This document shows, in pieces, positions 1 through 9,563 of a stretch of 25,547 bases of DNA. Source of the DNA: an uncultured Oligoflexus sp. (GTDB taxonomy: Bacteria; Bdellovibrionota_B; Oligoflexia; Oligoflexales; Oligoflexaceae); NCBI GenBank assembly GCA_964236955.1, contig CAXSGP010000065.1, positions 1-25,547 on the forward strand, written 5' to 3'. How positions within the stretch are numbered: the first letter of the stretch is position 1; every line of letters starts with the position of its first letter. Position numbers and translations under genes: made by a program. The notes beneath the pieces were generated by a model that was given only the letters and a program-made list of their open reading frames with translations, was not told the origin of the DNA and searched no databases.

Positions 1-47
1 CCATCAAAATCACAGCGATATTTTGCTCAAACCTTTTCGGCGAAGGT

Positions 48-650
48 CTAGCTATTCATACTCGCAATCAACTGCACCTCCGACTCTGCAAGACCCAACT
101 CCCTGGCCACCTGAGAGGGCGCCAGACCGCGGGCGAGGAGATGCCGGGCATCAACGTACTTTTTATCCTCAAGCTCCTCGAGGACATCCTGGTAGGGCAC
201 CGTGCTGTCAAAAAACTTGGTGAGCTTTTCACCGCGCGACAACGCCTTTTGCAGAAACTGCCGCTCCTCCTGAGCCTTTTTCAGGAGCGAACTGAAACCG
301 GTCCGCCGTTTGTCGATCTGGGTCAGATACCCATCAAGCCTTTGGCGCGCATCTTGAAGGACATGGTCGATGTCCTGTGCGAGAGCCTGAGCCCCTGACT
401 TCAATTCCATATCCGTTTCCGTGGCGATCCTGCTAACTTTTTCATAAAGGACCTTCATTTCAGCATGCTTTTGCACAAGGTCCTCGCGCACCGCCTCGCG
501 CATCTCCTTGATCAGCCTGTGCTCATGGTCGAGCTCGCGCAGGATGCTGACCGTCGCTGGAGTGTCCTGCCGTTTCCGAAGGGCCAGCAGTACGAGCACG
601 ATAAGCACACAATCCACGCCAATGAGCGCCGCAAGCAGTATCTGATTCAT
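48..650 (-). CDS. Membrane-anchored coiled-coil protein with C-terminal HTH-like motif (DUF2802/DUF6115-like), flagellar-cluster associated
   Basis: 200-aa ORF with N-terminal hydrophobic segment (ILLAALIGVDCVLIVLVLLAL), long helical middle and C-terminal ARHLLARGLAPSQVARELGLAESEVQLI resembling the DUF2802-type tail; GAGGGG SD upstream of the ATG. Family assignment is from recalled pattern only. Confidence 0.65.
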   Translation of the reverse strand: MNQILLAALIGVDCVLIVLVLLALRKRQDTPATVSILRELDHEHRLIKEMREAVREDLVQKHAEMKVLYEKVSRIATETDMELKSGAQALAQDIDHVLQDARQRLDGYLTQIDKRRTGFSSLLKKAQEERQFLQKALSRGEKLTKFFDSTVPYQDVLEELEDKKYVDARHLLARGLAPSQVARELGLAESEVQLIASMNS

Positions 651-666
651 GAAATCCCCTCATATG

Positions 667-701
667 AAAAAAAGCTGATGTTTTCCAGCCATCAGCTTTT
701 T
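667..701 (-). terminator. Intrinsic terminator-like hairpin after the PilZ-like gene
   Basis: Perfect 12-bp inverted repeat AAAAAGCTGATG/CATCAGCTTTTT around a 9-nt loop; on the minus strand the GCTGATG/CATCAGC stem is followed by 7 T, just downstream of the stop at 708. Confidence 0.7.
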
Positions 702-707
702 CGAATA

Positions 708-1148
708 TTAACCTTCTTGCAAAAAGGCCTTGAGCACCTGTTCATCGACTTCATCCATATTCACGGTGCGGGCGAGCAGAATCTTTTTCTTGCCACGTTT
801 ACCCACTTCTTCCGAGGAGACGACTTTGACGAGGATTTTAAAGTTGGCCGGAGTATCGATACGGCTGTAATCGACGAAGCGGCGCTTTCTTTCCCAATAG
901 TCGGGAATGTTGATGAAGATCTTTAAGAGATCACCCTCTTCGTATTCATGCGATACCCGCATCTGGATTCCGAAAGGACTGATATGGACGGTTTGCGCTT
1001 CTTCCTCGCCCACTTCGGCACTGATGCCATACTTGGCAACACCGACGGCCAGGCGACGATTGGAGCGCGGATATTTTTTGACCAGATCTTCGTTAAAGAT
1101 AAGCAGCGCGAGATCTTCAGCTTCCGGACTAACAGCTTTTTCTTTCAT
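708..1148 (-). CDS. PilZ-like domain protein (degenerate c-di-GMP motifs)
   Basis: 146 aa; KKYPR at the RxxxR position and HISPFG at the (D/N)xSxxG position, then GDLLKIFI and KILVKVV beta strands and a closing helix (DEQVLKAFL), as in PilZ barrels; GGGGAG SD upstream. Confidence 0.6.
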   Translation of the reverse strand: MKEKAVSPEAEDLALLIFNEDLVKKYPRSNRRLAVGVAKYGISAEVGEEEAQTVHISPFGIQMRVSHEYEEGDLLKIFINIPDYWERKRRFVDYSRIDTPANFKILVKVVSSEEVGKRGKKKILLARTVNMDEVDEQVLKAFLQEG

Positions 1149-1167
1149 CGATACGTCTCCCCTTATC

Positions 1168-1581
1168 TCATTTCGCGGCGTTTTGTTTCTTGAAAACCTG
1201 ATCGATCTTATCGAGTTTGTCTTTCAAGGCTTGCCCGGTAAAAGGCTTCACGATGTAATTGCTTACACCCGCCTTCACCGCTTCGATGATATTCTCTTTC
1301 TCTGCTTCCGCCGTCACCATAAGAAAGGGAAGGTGCTTAAGGCGGGCATCGGCACGAACGGCTTTTAAAAGCTCAAGTCCCGTCATATTCGGCATGTTCC
1401 AGTCGGACACCACCATTTCATAATCGAGCTCAGCCTGCAGCATTTTGATCGCTTGTTCTCCATCTTCAGCTTCCGTGAAGTTATTAAAACCATTTTGCTT
1501 CATCAGCGTTTTCACGATGCGGCGCATCGTCGGAAAATCGTCAACTATCAAGATCTTAAGGTCCGGTCTCATGATCGTCAT
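1168..1581 (-). CDS. cheY: Chemotaxis response regulator CheY
   Basis: Stand-alone receiver domain with [40 protein letters not shown] and YIVKPFT, all classic CheY motifs; directly after fliA. Start at 1581 (GGAG SD) or 1572. Confidence 0.93.
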   Translation of the reverse strand: MTIMRPDLKILIVDDFPTMRRIVKTLMKQNGFNNFTEAEDGEQAIKMLQAELDYEMVVSDWNMPNMTGLELLKAVRADARLKHLPFLMVTAEAEKENIIEAVKAGVSNYIVKPFTGQALKDKLDKIDQVFKKQNAAK

Positions 1582-1600
1582 TATCGGCTCCCGGGACGGT

Positions 1601-2359
1601 TCAGTCCGTTAATATGGGTTTAAGTTTGGATCGTAGTTTTTCGACCGCCTGCGTATGCAATTGACTGACGCGGGATTCCGTGACTTCGAGGATACGCCCG
1701 ATCTCCTTCAGGTTCAGATCTTCGTAGTAATAGAGCGAGAGAACTAATTTTTGTTTCTCTGGCAGTTCGTCAATATGCTTCACCAGCAAATCGCGGACGC
1801 CTTTGCTTTTGAGCTGGGTAAACGGGTTTTTGGAACTGACGTTTTCCAAGCACTCGAGTAGGCTTTTGCGATCCTGCTGATTGGGACCCGACAGTTCGTC
1901 GATCGACAGGAGGGTCACGGCCTTGACCTTGGAAACCATGTCGTAGTATTCGTCGAGTTGGATGCCGAGGGCGTTCGAAAGCTCCTCGTCGGTGACCGCG
2001 CGCCCCAACTTTTGTTCGAGTTCGGCGTAGGTCTTTTCAATCTTCTTAGCCTTATCGCGCACCGAACGGGGCACCCAATCCTGGGAACGAAGTTCGTCGA
2101 GGATAGCTCCGCGGATACGGAATTCGGCATAGGTCTTGAACTTGTTATCGCGCGAAGGATCGTACTTTTCGATCGCATCCATAAGGCCGATAACCCCGGC
2201 GCTGATGAGATCGTCGATATCGATATTGGATGGCAGCCGCGCCGCGATGCGTTGCGCCACGAAGCGGATAAGAGGAGCGTAGTCCATTATCAGCTGATCG
2301 CGCAGTTTCCCGTCGACACCTTTGGTATCCTGCTTATATCTCTTTACAAGACCTTTCAT
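1601..2359 (-). CDS. fliA: Flagellar sigma factor sigma28 (FliA/WhiG family)
   Basis: [47 protein letters not shown] and region 4 [29 protein letters not shown]. Confidence 0.96.
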   Translation of the reverse strand: MKGLVKRYKQDTKGVDGKLRDQLIMDYAPLIRFVAQRIAARLPSNIDIDDLISAGVIGLMDAIEKYDPSRDNKFKTYAEFRIRGAILDELRSQDWVPRSVRDKAKKIEKTYAELEQKLGRAVTDEELSNALGIQLDEYYDMVSKVKAVTLLSIDELSGPNQQDRKSLLECLENVSSKNPFTQLKSKGVRDLLVKHIDELPEKQKLVLSLYYYEDLNLKEIGRILEVTESRVSQLHTQAVEKLRSKLKPILTD

Positions 2360-2388
2360 ACCGAAGTCTCTCCCCTACCAGGCAAGTT

Positions 2389-3225
2389 TCAAAGGGCGCG
2401 CTGCGCACCGAAGTTTGGGAAAAGCAGGTCACTGAGTCCACGACCACTGTCGTCATTTGGCTCATTTACCAGGCTTTCAATCGTCTTTCTCGTAATTTCG
2501 TTCCAAGCTTGGCCCGACAATGTATGCTTCACCTGATCGTCTGCCGCACGTTGCATCATGATGCTGCGTTGAACCACAGCATCTTTAGGAACCACACCGG
2601 CAAACCCAAGGTCAAAGTTTAGAAAGCGTTTGGCAACGTCCGCGAGGTTCTGATAGACTTTATGGCCCTGAGAATCGGAGACGGCTTGATTGGCAATGAG
2701 ACTGATTCTGCGTTTGCCATATTTTTCACACATGACTTTGACGAAGGCGTAAGCATCGGTCTGAGCATGTGGTTCTGGAGTCGTGACAAGCATGATGATA
2801 TCGGCCACCGAGTTAAGATGCAGGACCGACTCGGAGATTCCGGCGCCCGTATCGATGAAAAGAACATCATATTGCTGAGAAATTTCGCTTATCTTGTCCA
2901 GCAATCGAATCCTTTGCGTCAATTTCAAATCGGCAAGACCTGCAAATCCGGAGCCAGACGGGATGATTTTAAGCCCCAGCGGTCCATCCAAAAGGGTGTC
3001 TTCGATTTCGACTTCGCCATCCAATACATCATTGATATTGTAGCGAGCCTTGAGCCCAAGGACAATGTCGACGTTCGCTAAACCGAAGTCACCATCGAGA
3101 ACTAAAGTCTTGTAACCCATGCGCCGTGCCGCTAACGCCATATTCACGGTCGTTATAGTTTTTCCGACTCCACCCTTGCCGCTCGCGATACTTAGAATCA
3201 GAGGTTTTTTCTGCCAGGCTTTCAT
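2389..3225 (-). CDS. flhG: MinD/ParA-family ATPase FlhG (FleN)
   Basis: Deviant Walker A SGKGGVGKT, LDGDFGLANVD, IDTGAGIS, TTPEP and TDAYA; located between flhF and fliA. Confidence 0.92.
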   Translation of the reverse strand: MKAWQKKPLILSIASGKGGVGKTITTVNMALAARRMGYKTLVLDGDFGLANVDIVLGLKARYNINDVLDGEVEIEDTLLDGPLGLKIIPSGSGFAGLADLKLTQRIRLLDKISEISQQYDVLFIDTGAGISESVLHLNSVADIIMLVTTPEPHAQTDAYAFVKVMCEKYGKRRISLIANQAVSDSQGHKVYQNLADVAKRFLNFDLGFAGVVPKDAVVQRSIMMQRAADDQVKHTLSGQAWNEITRKTIESLVNEPNDDSGRGLSDLLFPNFGAQRAL

Positions 3226-3248
3226 ATAACTCGTTGTGACTCCAGGAA

Positions 3249-4430
3249 TTATAGACCAAAAATGCGTTCCACGACACGCTCACGACTGGCTCGTTCCAGA
3301 TCCTCAGGGACATTGCCGCCCACTCCGAAGTAGCTCAAGGGCATCGACCAGCGGACGCAGATGTTAAAGATTTCTCCATAAGACCAGCATTCGTCGAGTC
3401 GATTGAAAACGATGCTCTGCAGCCCCAAGGGGGAAAAGCCCCGCACCATGCGATCCATCTGCTCCTCTTTCTCGGTAATGCTGAGCGCGAGATGAAACTG
3501 CACCGGCAGATCAAGTTCCTTGAAGCTCAAAAGATCCTTGAGATCCTCCTTCGATCGCGGACACTGAGAGCCAGTATCGACAATACAAAGGTCCCAGCTC
3601 TTGTGCTTCGCCAAAACCCCCGGCAGCTCGTCAGGATGCTCGATCGCCTCGAAGGGAATATTGAGGACCCTGGCGAGAACTCGCAGCTGCTCCTTGGCGG
3701 CCAGCTTTCTCGTGTCGGCGGAAATCAGCACCAACTTTTGCTTGCCGATATAAGCGGCTGCGATCTTAGCGACGAGACTGCTCTTGCCGCTGCCGGCCGG
3801 ACCAACGATGATAGAAACAGCCTGCTCGCCCGAACTCGAATTCCAAAGGGGAGCAACCTTGATCTTTTTCATCATCCATCGAATCGCATGGCCTTGATAA
3901 AAATTGAAGCTCTGATCCGTATCCTCGTCAGCGCTGTGCTTGAGTCCTTTGAGATGCTCGGCAAGCCGACTTTGCTCGGAATCCTGCACGCTCATCAAGG
4001 TCAGTCGCTGAAAGATCTTGGCCATGGCCGGCGGCATGTTTTGCAAGAGATGGCCAGGATTTTTGTGGCTTAATTCAAACAGCATACTGCGCAGCTCATG
4101 CAGTCCGGCATCGAGGCGGAAAAGGTCCTGACGTTTCGCCAAATCATCGCTCATGGCCTTGATATTGCGTTCGATTGTTTTGAAATAATCAAGCATTTCA
4201 AAAAGCGTGTCGCGATTGAGGCTCGCGTCCGGAGCGCTTTGCGTGGCTCCGCTCGGACGCGTCTGCTGAGTCGAGGATCGCGCGGCAGTCACTTCAAAGA
4301 GTTTACCCTTGCGGCTGCCTTCTGGACCTTTTTCCCGGGTATTGAGAATAACCGCATCGCTGCCAAAGTGCGTCTTGACCGCTTTAAGAGCATCCTTCAT
4401 GGTAAAAGCCTCAAAGGTCTTGACGTCCAT
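3249..4430 (-). CDS. flhF: Flagellar biosynthesis SRP-family GTPase FlhF (degenerate G motifs)
   Basis: N-terminus MDVKTFEAFTMKDALKAVKTHFGSDAVILNT typical of FlhF, P-loop GPAGSGKSS, C-terminal G.NVPEDL, and flhA-flhF-flhG synteny; AGGAGG SD. Confidence 0.88.
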   Translation of the reverse strand: MDVKTFEAFTMKDALKAVKTHFGSDAVILNTREKGPEGSRKGKLFEVTAARSSTQQTRPSGATQSAPDASLNRDTLFEMLDYFKTIERNIKAMSDDLAKRQDLFRLDAGLHELRSMLFELSHKNPGHLLQNMPPAMAKIFQRLTLMSVQDSEQSRLAEHLKGLKHSADEDTDQSFNFYQGHAIRWMMKKIKVAPLWNSSSGEQAVSIIVGPAGSGKSSLVAKIAAAYIGKQKLVLISADTRKLAAKEQLRVLARVLNIPFEAIEHPDELPGVLAKHKSWDLCIVDTGSQCPRSKEDLKDLLSFKELDLPVQFHLALSITEKEEQMDRMVRGFSPLGLQSIVFNRLDECWSYGEIFNICVRWSMPLSYFGVGGNVPEDLERASRERVVERIFGL

Positions 4431-4473
4431 CGCTATGCGCCTCCTGGGTTTTACGCTTCATCGGAATGAAGAT

Positions 4474-6570
4474 TTAAAGACTGACGATGCCTATCGATTT
4501 GGTTTGGGACCCGGCCGGAATTTCGTCAAAGGCCAGCACCACGACACCGGGAATAAAGCGATTCACCAACTGCCGGATATCCCACCGAATAAAGGAACCG
4601 CAGAGAATAATGGGCTGGGTTCCGGTCGTTTGAAAGGCTTCCAGGGCCTCGGCGATGCGGTTGAGAATGCGCTGCGCGATCTCGGGCTCGAGCATAAGCG
4701 AGGTCGATCCATCGTCACGCTGGTTGATACCAGCCGCGATGAGATCTTCGACCGCGCGATCAAAAGTCACGACCACAAGTTTTTCATCGGGGGTTAAGTA
4801 CTTTCTAATGATACCACGGCCCAAAGACTTCCGTACATAACGGGTCAAGACATCGGGACTCTTGATGACGCGGCAATGATCGGCAAGTGTCTCAAAAATC
4901 GATCGCAAGTCGCGGATACTTACGCGCTCTGCCAGAAGGTTTTGCAAAACCCTTACGACTTCGCCAAGGCTCAGGCGATCGGCAGCCACCACCTCTTCGA
5001 CAACCTTGGGCGCTTCCTCCTTGAGCGACTCCAAAAGATTCTGAGTTTCTTGGCGGCCCAGCAATTCTGCCGAATGTTCCTCAATGAGTTTAGTAAGATG
5101 GGTGACGATTACAGTCGAACAGTTGACCACGGTATAACCCCGGAAACTGGCTTCTTCCTTTTGACTCGATTTCACCCATACCGCATCCAGACCATAAGCC
5201 GGCTCTTTCCCGGCAATACCGTCAATCGTTTCGACGATATCGCCTGGGTCCATCGCTAGGTAGTAATCGACCATTAGACTGCCGCGACCTATGATATTGC
5301 CTTTGAGCAGGATGTGATAGTCCCCGGGCCGCAGCTGAATATTGTCTTTGACCATCACCATGGGAACAATGATACCCATGTCCTGCGCAAACTGCTTTCG
5401 CGCCGAGACGATGCGTTCAAGGACTTCACCATCCTGATGGGCATCGACGAGAGGAATAAGACCAACGCCGACCTCGAGCGAGAGGATCTCGATATGCAGT
5501 AGGGATTCGATACTGTCTTTTTTTGTCTCCTTGTTGACGACTTCCTGCTCCTTGACGGCAGCAGCATCTTTTCGCTCGGCCTGATTTTTGATCGAATAGC
5601 GGCCAAGAAAAAAGGCCAGCACCGAAAGCAGCCCAAAGGGTATGGTCGGCATGCCGGGCACCATCGCCATAACACCCAGCAGAACGGAACATATGTAGAT
5701 CGCGCGCGGGTAGTTGAGAAGCTGATTGTTAAGGGTTTGGGAGAGCCCCTCTTCCATGGCTCCTGCCCGGGTGACGACGATACCGGCAGCAGTGGAGATG
5801 ATGAGGGCAGGGATCTGGGCCACCAAACCATCTCCGACCGAGAGCAGAGTGTAGAGCTGAGCCGATTGCCCAAAGGTCATGCCGTGCATGACGACGCCAA
5901 GGATAAGGCCTACGATTATATTGATGGCAGTAATAATGATGCCGGCTATTGCATCGCCGCGCACAAACTTCGAGGCACCATCCATGGCTCCGTAGAAATC
6001 GGCCGCAAGTTCGACCTTTGCCCGCCGCTCGCGCGCCTCTTTTCTGTCGATCAGTCCAGCGTTCAATTCCGCATCAATGGCCATTTGTTTACCCGGCATG
6101 GCGTCCAAGGTAAAGCGCGCGCCGACCTCCGCAATCCGGCCTGCACCCTTGGTGATAACGATGAAATTGATGACGACAAGAATAGCGAACATCACAAAGC
6201 CGACGAAGTAGTTGCCGCCGACCACAAAGTTTCCAAATGAGGAGATGACCGAGCTCACATGTCCATTATGGGCTTCCAATAGGATAGAACGGGTGGTGGC
6301 AACGTTAAGTCCAAGGCGGAACAGCGTCGTGATCAGGAGGATGGTGGGAAAGGTCGAAAATTCAAGGGGATCCTTCACGTAGACCGAGATCATTAGGATG
6401 AGCAGCGAGGATGCAATAGAAGTCGCGAGAAACATATCCAATAAAAACATGGGCAGGGGCAGGATCATCGTAAAGACGATAGCCAAAAGACCGATGGCAA
6501 ACTGAATGTCAGGCGACTTCAGAATCTTAATCCAACCGGGCTGCTCTTTTTTTACGGCGACCTTAGCCAT
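4474..6570 (-). CDS. flhA: Flagellar export gate protein FlhA
   Basis: 698 aa; FSTFPTILLITTLFRLGLNVATTR, RIAEVGARFTLDAMPGKQMAIDAELNAG and FYGAMDGASKFVRGDAIAG FHIPEP signatures. Confidence 0.97.
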   Translation of the reverse strand: MAKVAVKKEQPGWIKILKSPDIQFAIGLLAIVFTMILPLPMFLLDMFLATSIASSLLILMISVYVKDPLEFSTFPTILLITTLFRLGLNVATTRSILLEAHNGHVSSVISSFGNFVVGGNYFVGFVMFAILVVINFIVITKGAGRIAEVGARFTLDAMPGKQMAIDAELNAGLIDRKEARERRAKVELAADFYGAMDGASKFVRGDAIAGIIITAINIIVGLILGVVMHGMTFGQSAQLYTLLSVGDGLVAQIPALIISTAAGIVVTRAGAMEEGLSQTLNNQLLNYPRAIYICSVLLGVMAMVPGMPTIPFGLLSVLAFFLGRYSIKNQAERKDAAAVKEQEVVNKETKKDSIESLLHIEILSLEVGVGLIPLVDAHQDGEVLERIVSARKQFAQDMGIIVPMVMVKDNIQLRPGDYHILLKGNIIGRGSLMVDYYLAMDPGDIVETIDGIAGKEPAYGLDAVWVKSSQKEEASFRGYTVVNCSTVIVTHLTKLIEEHSAELLGRQETQNLLESLKEEAPKVVEEVVAADRLSLGEVVRVLQNLLAERVSIRDLRSIFETLADHCRVIKSPDVLTRYVRKSLGRGIIRKYLTPDEKLVVVTFDRAVEDLIAAGINQRDDGSTSLMLEPEIAQRILNRIAEALEAFQTTGTQPIILCGSFIRWDIRQLVNRFIPGVVVLAFDEIPAGSQTKSIGIVSL

Positions 6571-6585
6571 TACGTTTTCCTTATC

Positions 6586-7668
6586 CTAGGTGCGCGCACG
6601 CGAGAGATTTTTGCCTTTAAGCATAAAGACGTAGCGAATGATTTCCGAAACCGCCTTATAGAGGCTTTCCGGAATCTCCTGACCAATCTTGCAAACCTTG
6701 AACAGGGTCCGGGCCAAGGGCTTATTTTCCATAATAAGTATGCCGCTTTCCTTAGCGACCTCCTTCATCCGTTGCGCGACAAAGTCCTGACCCTTGGCCA
6801 CGACGATCGGGGCGGTCATACCCAATTCGTAGCGCAGCGCGACTGCAAAGTGGGTAGGGTTGGTTACGACCACGGTCGCTGTCTTGGTCGCCGTTATGGT
6901 TTTAGAGGTGGCGATCTCGCGCTGCATCCTCTTCATCCGGCTCTTCATATGCGGATCCTGTTCGCGCTTTTTGTATTCGTCCTTTACTTCCTCTTTCGTC
7001 ATCTTCAGCTTTTTTTCCATGGTGATGAAGTTATAGAGGAAATCACCGGCGGCGATGAAAAGCAGCAAACCCAAAACCGACCAGAAGAGAAGATGGGATA
7101 TCGAAGCCCAGTAGGCCCATACCTTGAGAAAGGGCATATTCATCAAGCCCGGGGCACTGCGAAACTCGCCCTTGAGAATCGCAAAGCAGATAGCAAAAAT
7201 CACCAACATCTTGCCCACGCTCTTGAGCACCTGCACGAAGGCCTGCATGCTGACCATGCGCAGAAATCCCGGAAAGGGATTGAGGCGGCCAAAGTTGGGA
7301 GCGAGGCGTTGCCATGACCAGTTTAAGCGGGTCTGGGAAAAGGTGATAAACGTTGCAGTGACCGTAGCGACGGCAAAGAAGGGCATGATCATCCAAATGA
7401 TTTGACCACCGACAGTCATCAGATGATCCAAGACCGTTTTTTCGCTGAATTGACTCAAGTCAAAATTCGAAAAGTGTTGATACATCACGCTTTGGAGTTT
7501 AGTCGAAAGGCTCGTCAGATAGATTCCAAAGAGCAGCATGATCGACGCCAGGACGAAGACCGAGGTAACATCGCTGGAAATGGCGATCTCGCCACGCTCG
7601 CGAAACTCATCGCGACGCTCGGGAGTGGCCTCTTCGGTCCTGTCTTCATTATCACCACCATCAGACAA
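6586..7668 (-). CDS. flhB: Flagellar export switch protein FlhB
   Basis: RTEEATPERR N-terminus, four hydrophobic segments, LKMTKEEVKDEYK, NPTH autocleavage motif and PIVVAKG. Confidence 0.96.
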   Translation of the reverse strand: MSDGGDNEDRTEEATPERRDEFRERGEIAISSDVTSVFVLASIMLLFGIYLTSLSTKLQSVMYQHFSNFDLSQFSEKTVLDHLMTVGGQIIWMIMPFFAVATVTATFITFSQTRLNWSWQRLAPNFGRLNPFPGFLRMVSMQAFVQVLKSVGKMLVIFAICFAILKGEFRSAPGLMNMPFLKVWAYWASISHLLFWSVLGLLLFIAAGDFLYNFITMEKKLKMTKEEVKDEYKKREQDPHMKSRMKRMQREIATSKTITATKTATVVVTNPTHFAVALRYELGMTAPIVVAKGQDFVAQRMKEVAKESGILIMENKPLARTLFKVCKIGQEIPESLYKAVSEIIRYVFMLKGKNLSRART

Positions 7669-7678
7669 GGGCGGCCTC

Positions 7679-8461
7679 CTATGGCGCTAGACCTTTGATC
7701 ATTTCGTGCATATAGCCACGGCTCATTTCAAAATGCCGCGTGGTCCATTCAGGAAAAAAGGGAATACAAGCGAGATAGATGCACATGCCAACAAAAAATC
7801 CCACCGGAAAGCTCATAGTAAAGACGTTCAGCTGCGGCACAGTGCGCGCCGCCAGTCCCAAGGCCGAGTTCGCAAAGATCAGGGCAACCAGCACGGGTGC
7901 CGAGAGCTGCAGGGCTACCTGAAATATGCCACTGGTCAGCCGCATCAGAAAAGGCAGGATTTCCCGGGAGGGAATCGCTCCACCGGCAGGTATGAATTCA
8001 AAGGTTTTGATGATGCCGTCGAGATATATATGATGCAGATTGAGGCTGAGGAAAATCAGCATTATGACCCCACGATGCATAGCCGTGAAGGCACTGACCT
8101 GAGTATTTAAACCGGGATAGATCAGGTCAGCCGTCCCAAATCCCATTTGATAACCAACCAGACTTGCCGCCATCAGGATGCCATCAAAGGCCAGACGGCC
8201 GACGAAACCCAGGAATAGGCCAATGGAAACTTCCTTTACGACCATAATGGTAAAGGGCAGCATGTCGGTGGGAAAGGCCGTTAGCCACCCGGCTGGAACC
8301 CGGGATTGAAAACCAAAGGCCAAAGCCACCCCAAGCAGGATACGCACCTGGGCTGGGATGGGTTCATCACCGAAAAAAGGCAGCGCGTAGAGCAAAGCGC
8401 TGATACGGGTAAAAACCAAAGCCGCAGTCAGTATCGACTCGACGGAAAGTCCGTAAATCAT
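7679..8461 (-). CDS. fliR: Flagellar export protein FliR
   Basis: Hydrophobic 260 aa; VFTRISAL..LPFFG, KEVSIGLFLG, GYQMGFG and ARTVPQLNVFTMSFP. Confidence 0.94.
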   Translation of the reverse strand: MIYGLSVESILTAALVFTRISALLYALPFFGDEPIPAQVRILLGVALAFGFQSRVPAGWLTAFPTDMLPFTIMVVKEVSIGLFLGFVGRLAFDGILMAASLVGYQMGFGTADLIYPGLNTQVSAFTAMHRGVIMLIFLSLNLHHIYLDGIIKTFEFIPAGGAIPSREILPFLMRLTSGIFQVALQLSAPVLVALIFANSALGLAARTVPQLNVFTMSFPVGFFVGMCIYLACIPFFPEWTTRHFEMSRGYMHEMIKGLAP

Positions 8462-8470
8462 GGGGTATTC

Positions 8471-8740
8471 TCAACGGGTGACGAGAGGAATTTGTTTGAA
8501 GATTTCGATCGTAAATGTAATCAAGAGGCGTAGGATCCAGGGGCCACAGATAACGATGGTTGCCGTCATCGCCAAGACCTTCGGTATGAAGACAAGGTTT
8601 TGCTCATTGATCTGCGTGGCCGCCTGAAAGATGGAGACTAAAAGACCGACGACAAGGGTGGCAAGCAGCGCGGGCGCCGCCACTTTCATCGTCAGCATGA
8701 TCGTGTTCCAGGCGATATCTAGGACAAACTTCTCAGTCAT
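8471..8740 (-). CDS. fliQ: Flagellar export protein FliQ
   Basis: 89 aa; GLLVSIFQAATQINEQNLVFIPK signature. Confidence 0.96.
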   Translation of the reverse strand: MTEKFVLDIAWNTIMLTMKVAAPALLATLVVGLLVSIFQAATQINEQNLVFIPKVLAMTATIVICGPWILRLLITFTIEIFKQIPLVTR

Positions 8741-8755
8741 ACTACGCTCCCTTGA

Positions 8756-9541
8756 TTAATGAAAACTTCTTACCAAAGAATCAACGATCAATCCCCACCC
8801 ATCGACGAGCACGAAGAGCACCAGCTTAAAGGGCAGGGAGATGACAGTGGGAGGGAGCATCATCATACCCATGGCCATGAGTACGGCTGAAACAACCATA
8901 TCGATAACAAGAAAAGGAATATAAATGAGAAAGCCTATTTGAAAGGAAGTCTTGAGTTCGGAGACGACGAAGGCCGGTATTAAAACCCGCATCGGCACAT
9001 CATCGGCAGACTTGGGCTTAGGCGCCTTGGCAATATTGAAAAACGTGGCAAGATCCGATTCTTTGACTTCGCCCAACATAAACTTACGAATGGGAATGGC
9101 GGCTTCTTTGAAGGCCTGCTCCTGAGTGATGGCCTTTTCCAGATAAGGGGTCAGGGCTCTTTCATTCAGGGTGTCGATAACGGGACCCATCGTAAAATAG
9201 GTCAAAAATAGAGACAGACCTAAAATAACCTGATTGGGCGGCATCTGCTGGGTGCCAAGCGCCTGCCGCACAAAACTCATGACCACAACGATACGGGTAA
9301 AGGAGGTCATCATCAGGAGGATGGCCGGTGCGACGGCGAGTATCGTCAGCATCGCAATGATTTTGAGTGCCGGCACCATGGCTTCCGGATCGTCGACTTC
9401 ATAAAGGTTAAAGTTGACGCCAGGCAGCTTGGTATCGGCAAGAGCTAGCGTGGGGGCGAAGACCTGGAAGGCAAAAACAATGAGCAGCAATGCGAAGAGC
9501 ATCTGTGCACACCAAGGCGATTTCGATGCGGTTCTTCTCAT
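8756..9541 (-). CDS. fliP: Flagellar export protein FliP
   Basis: LLMMTSFTRIVVV, ALGTQQMPPNQ, PAFVVSELKTSFQIGFLIYIPFLVIDMVV and GMMMLPP. Start moved from the ORF-track 9844 to the ATG at 9541, which follows AAGGAGAG and avoids overlapping fliO. Confidence 0.95.
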   Translation of the reverse strand: MRRTASKSPWCAQMLFALLLIVFAFQVFAPTLALADTKLPGVNFNLYEVDDPEAMVPALKIIAMLTILAVAPAILLMMTSFTRIVVVMSFVRQALGTQQMPPNQVILGLSLFLTYFTMGPVIDTLNERALTPYLEKAITQEQAFKEAAIPIRKFMLGEVKESDLATFFNIAKAPKPKSADDVPMRVLIPAFVVSELKTSFQIGFLIYIPFLVIDMVVSAVLMAMGMMMLPPTVISLPFKLVLFVLVDGWGLIVDSLVRSFH

Positions 9542-9563
9542 GACTGCTCTCCTTGGGGCCCAT

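Noticed and set aside
1581..1607. Perfect sigma28 -10 box GCCGATAA (minus strand 1588-1581) upstream of cheY
   Set aside because: No TAAA-like -35 at the 15-nt spacing (GGAC is found) and the box overlaps the SD spacer and start codon; not supportable without TSS data.
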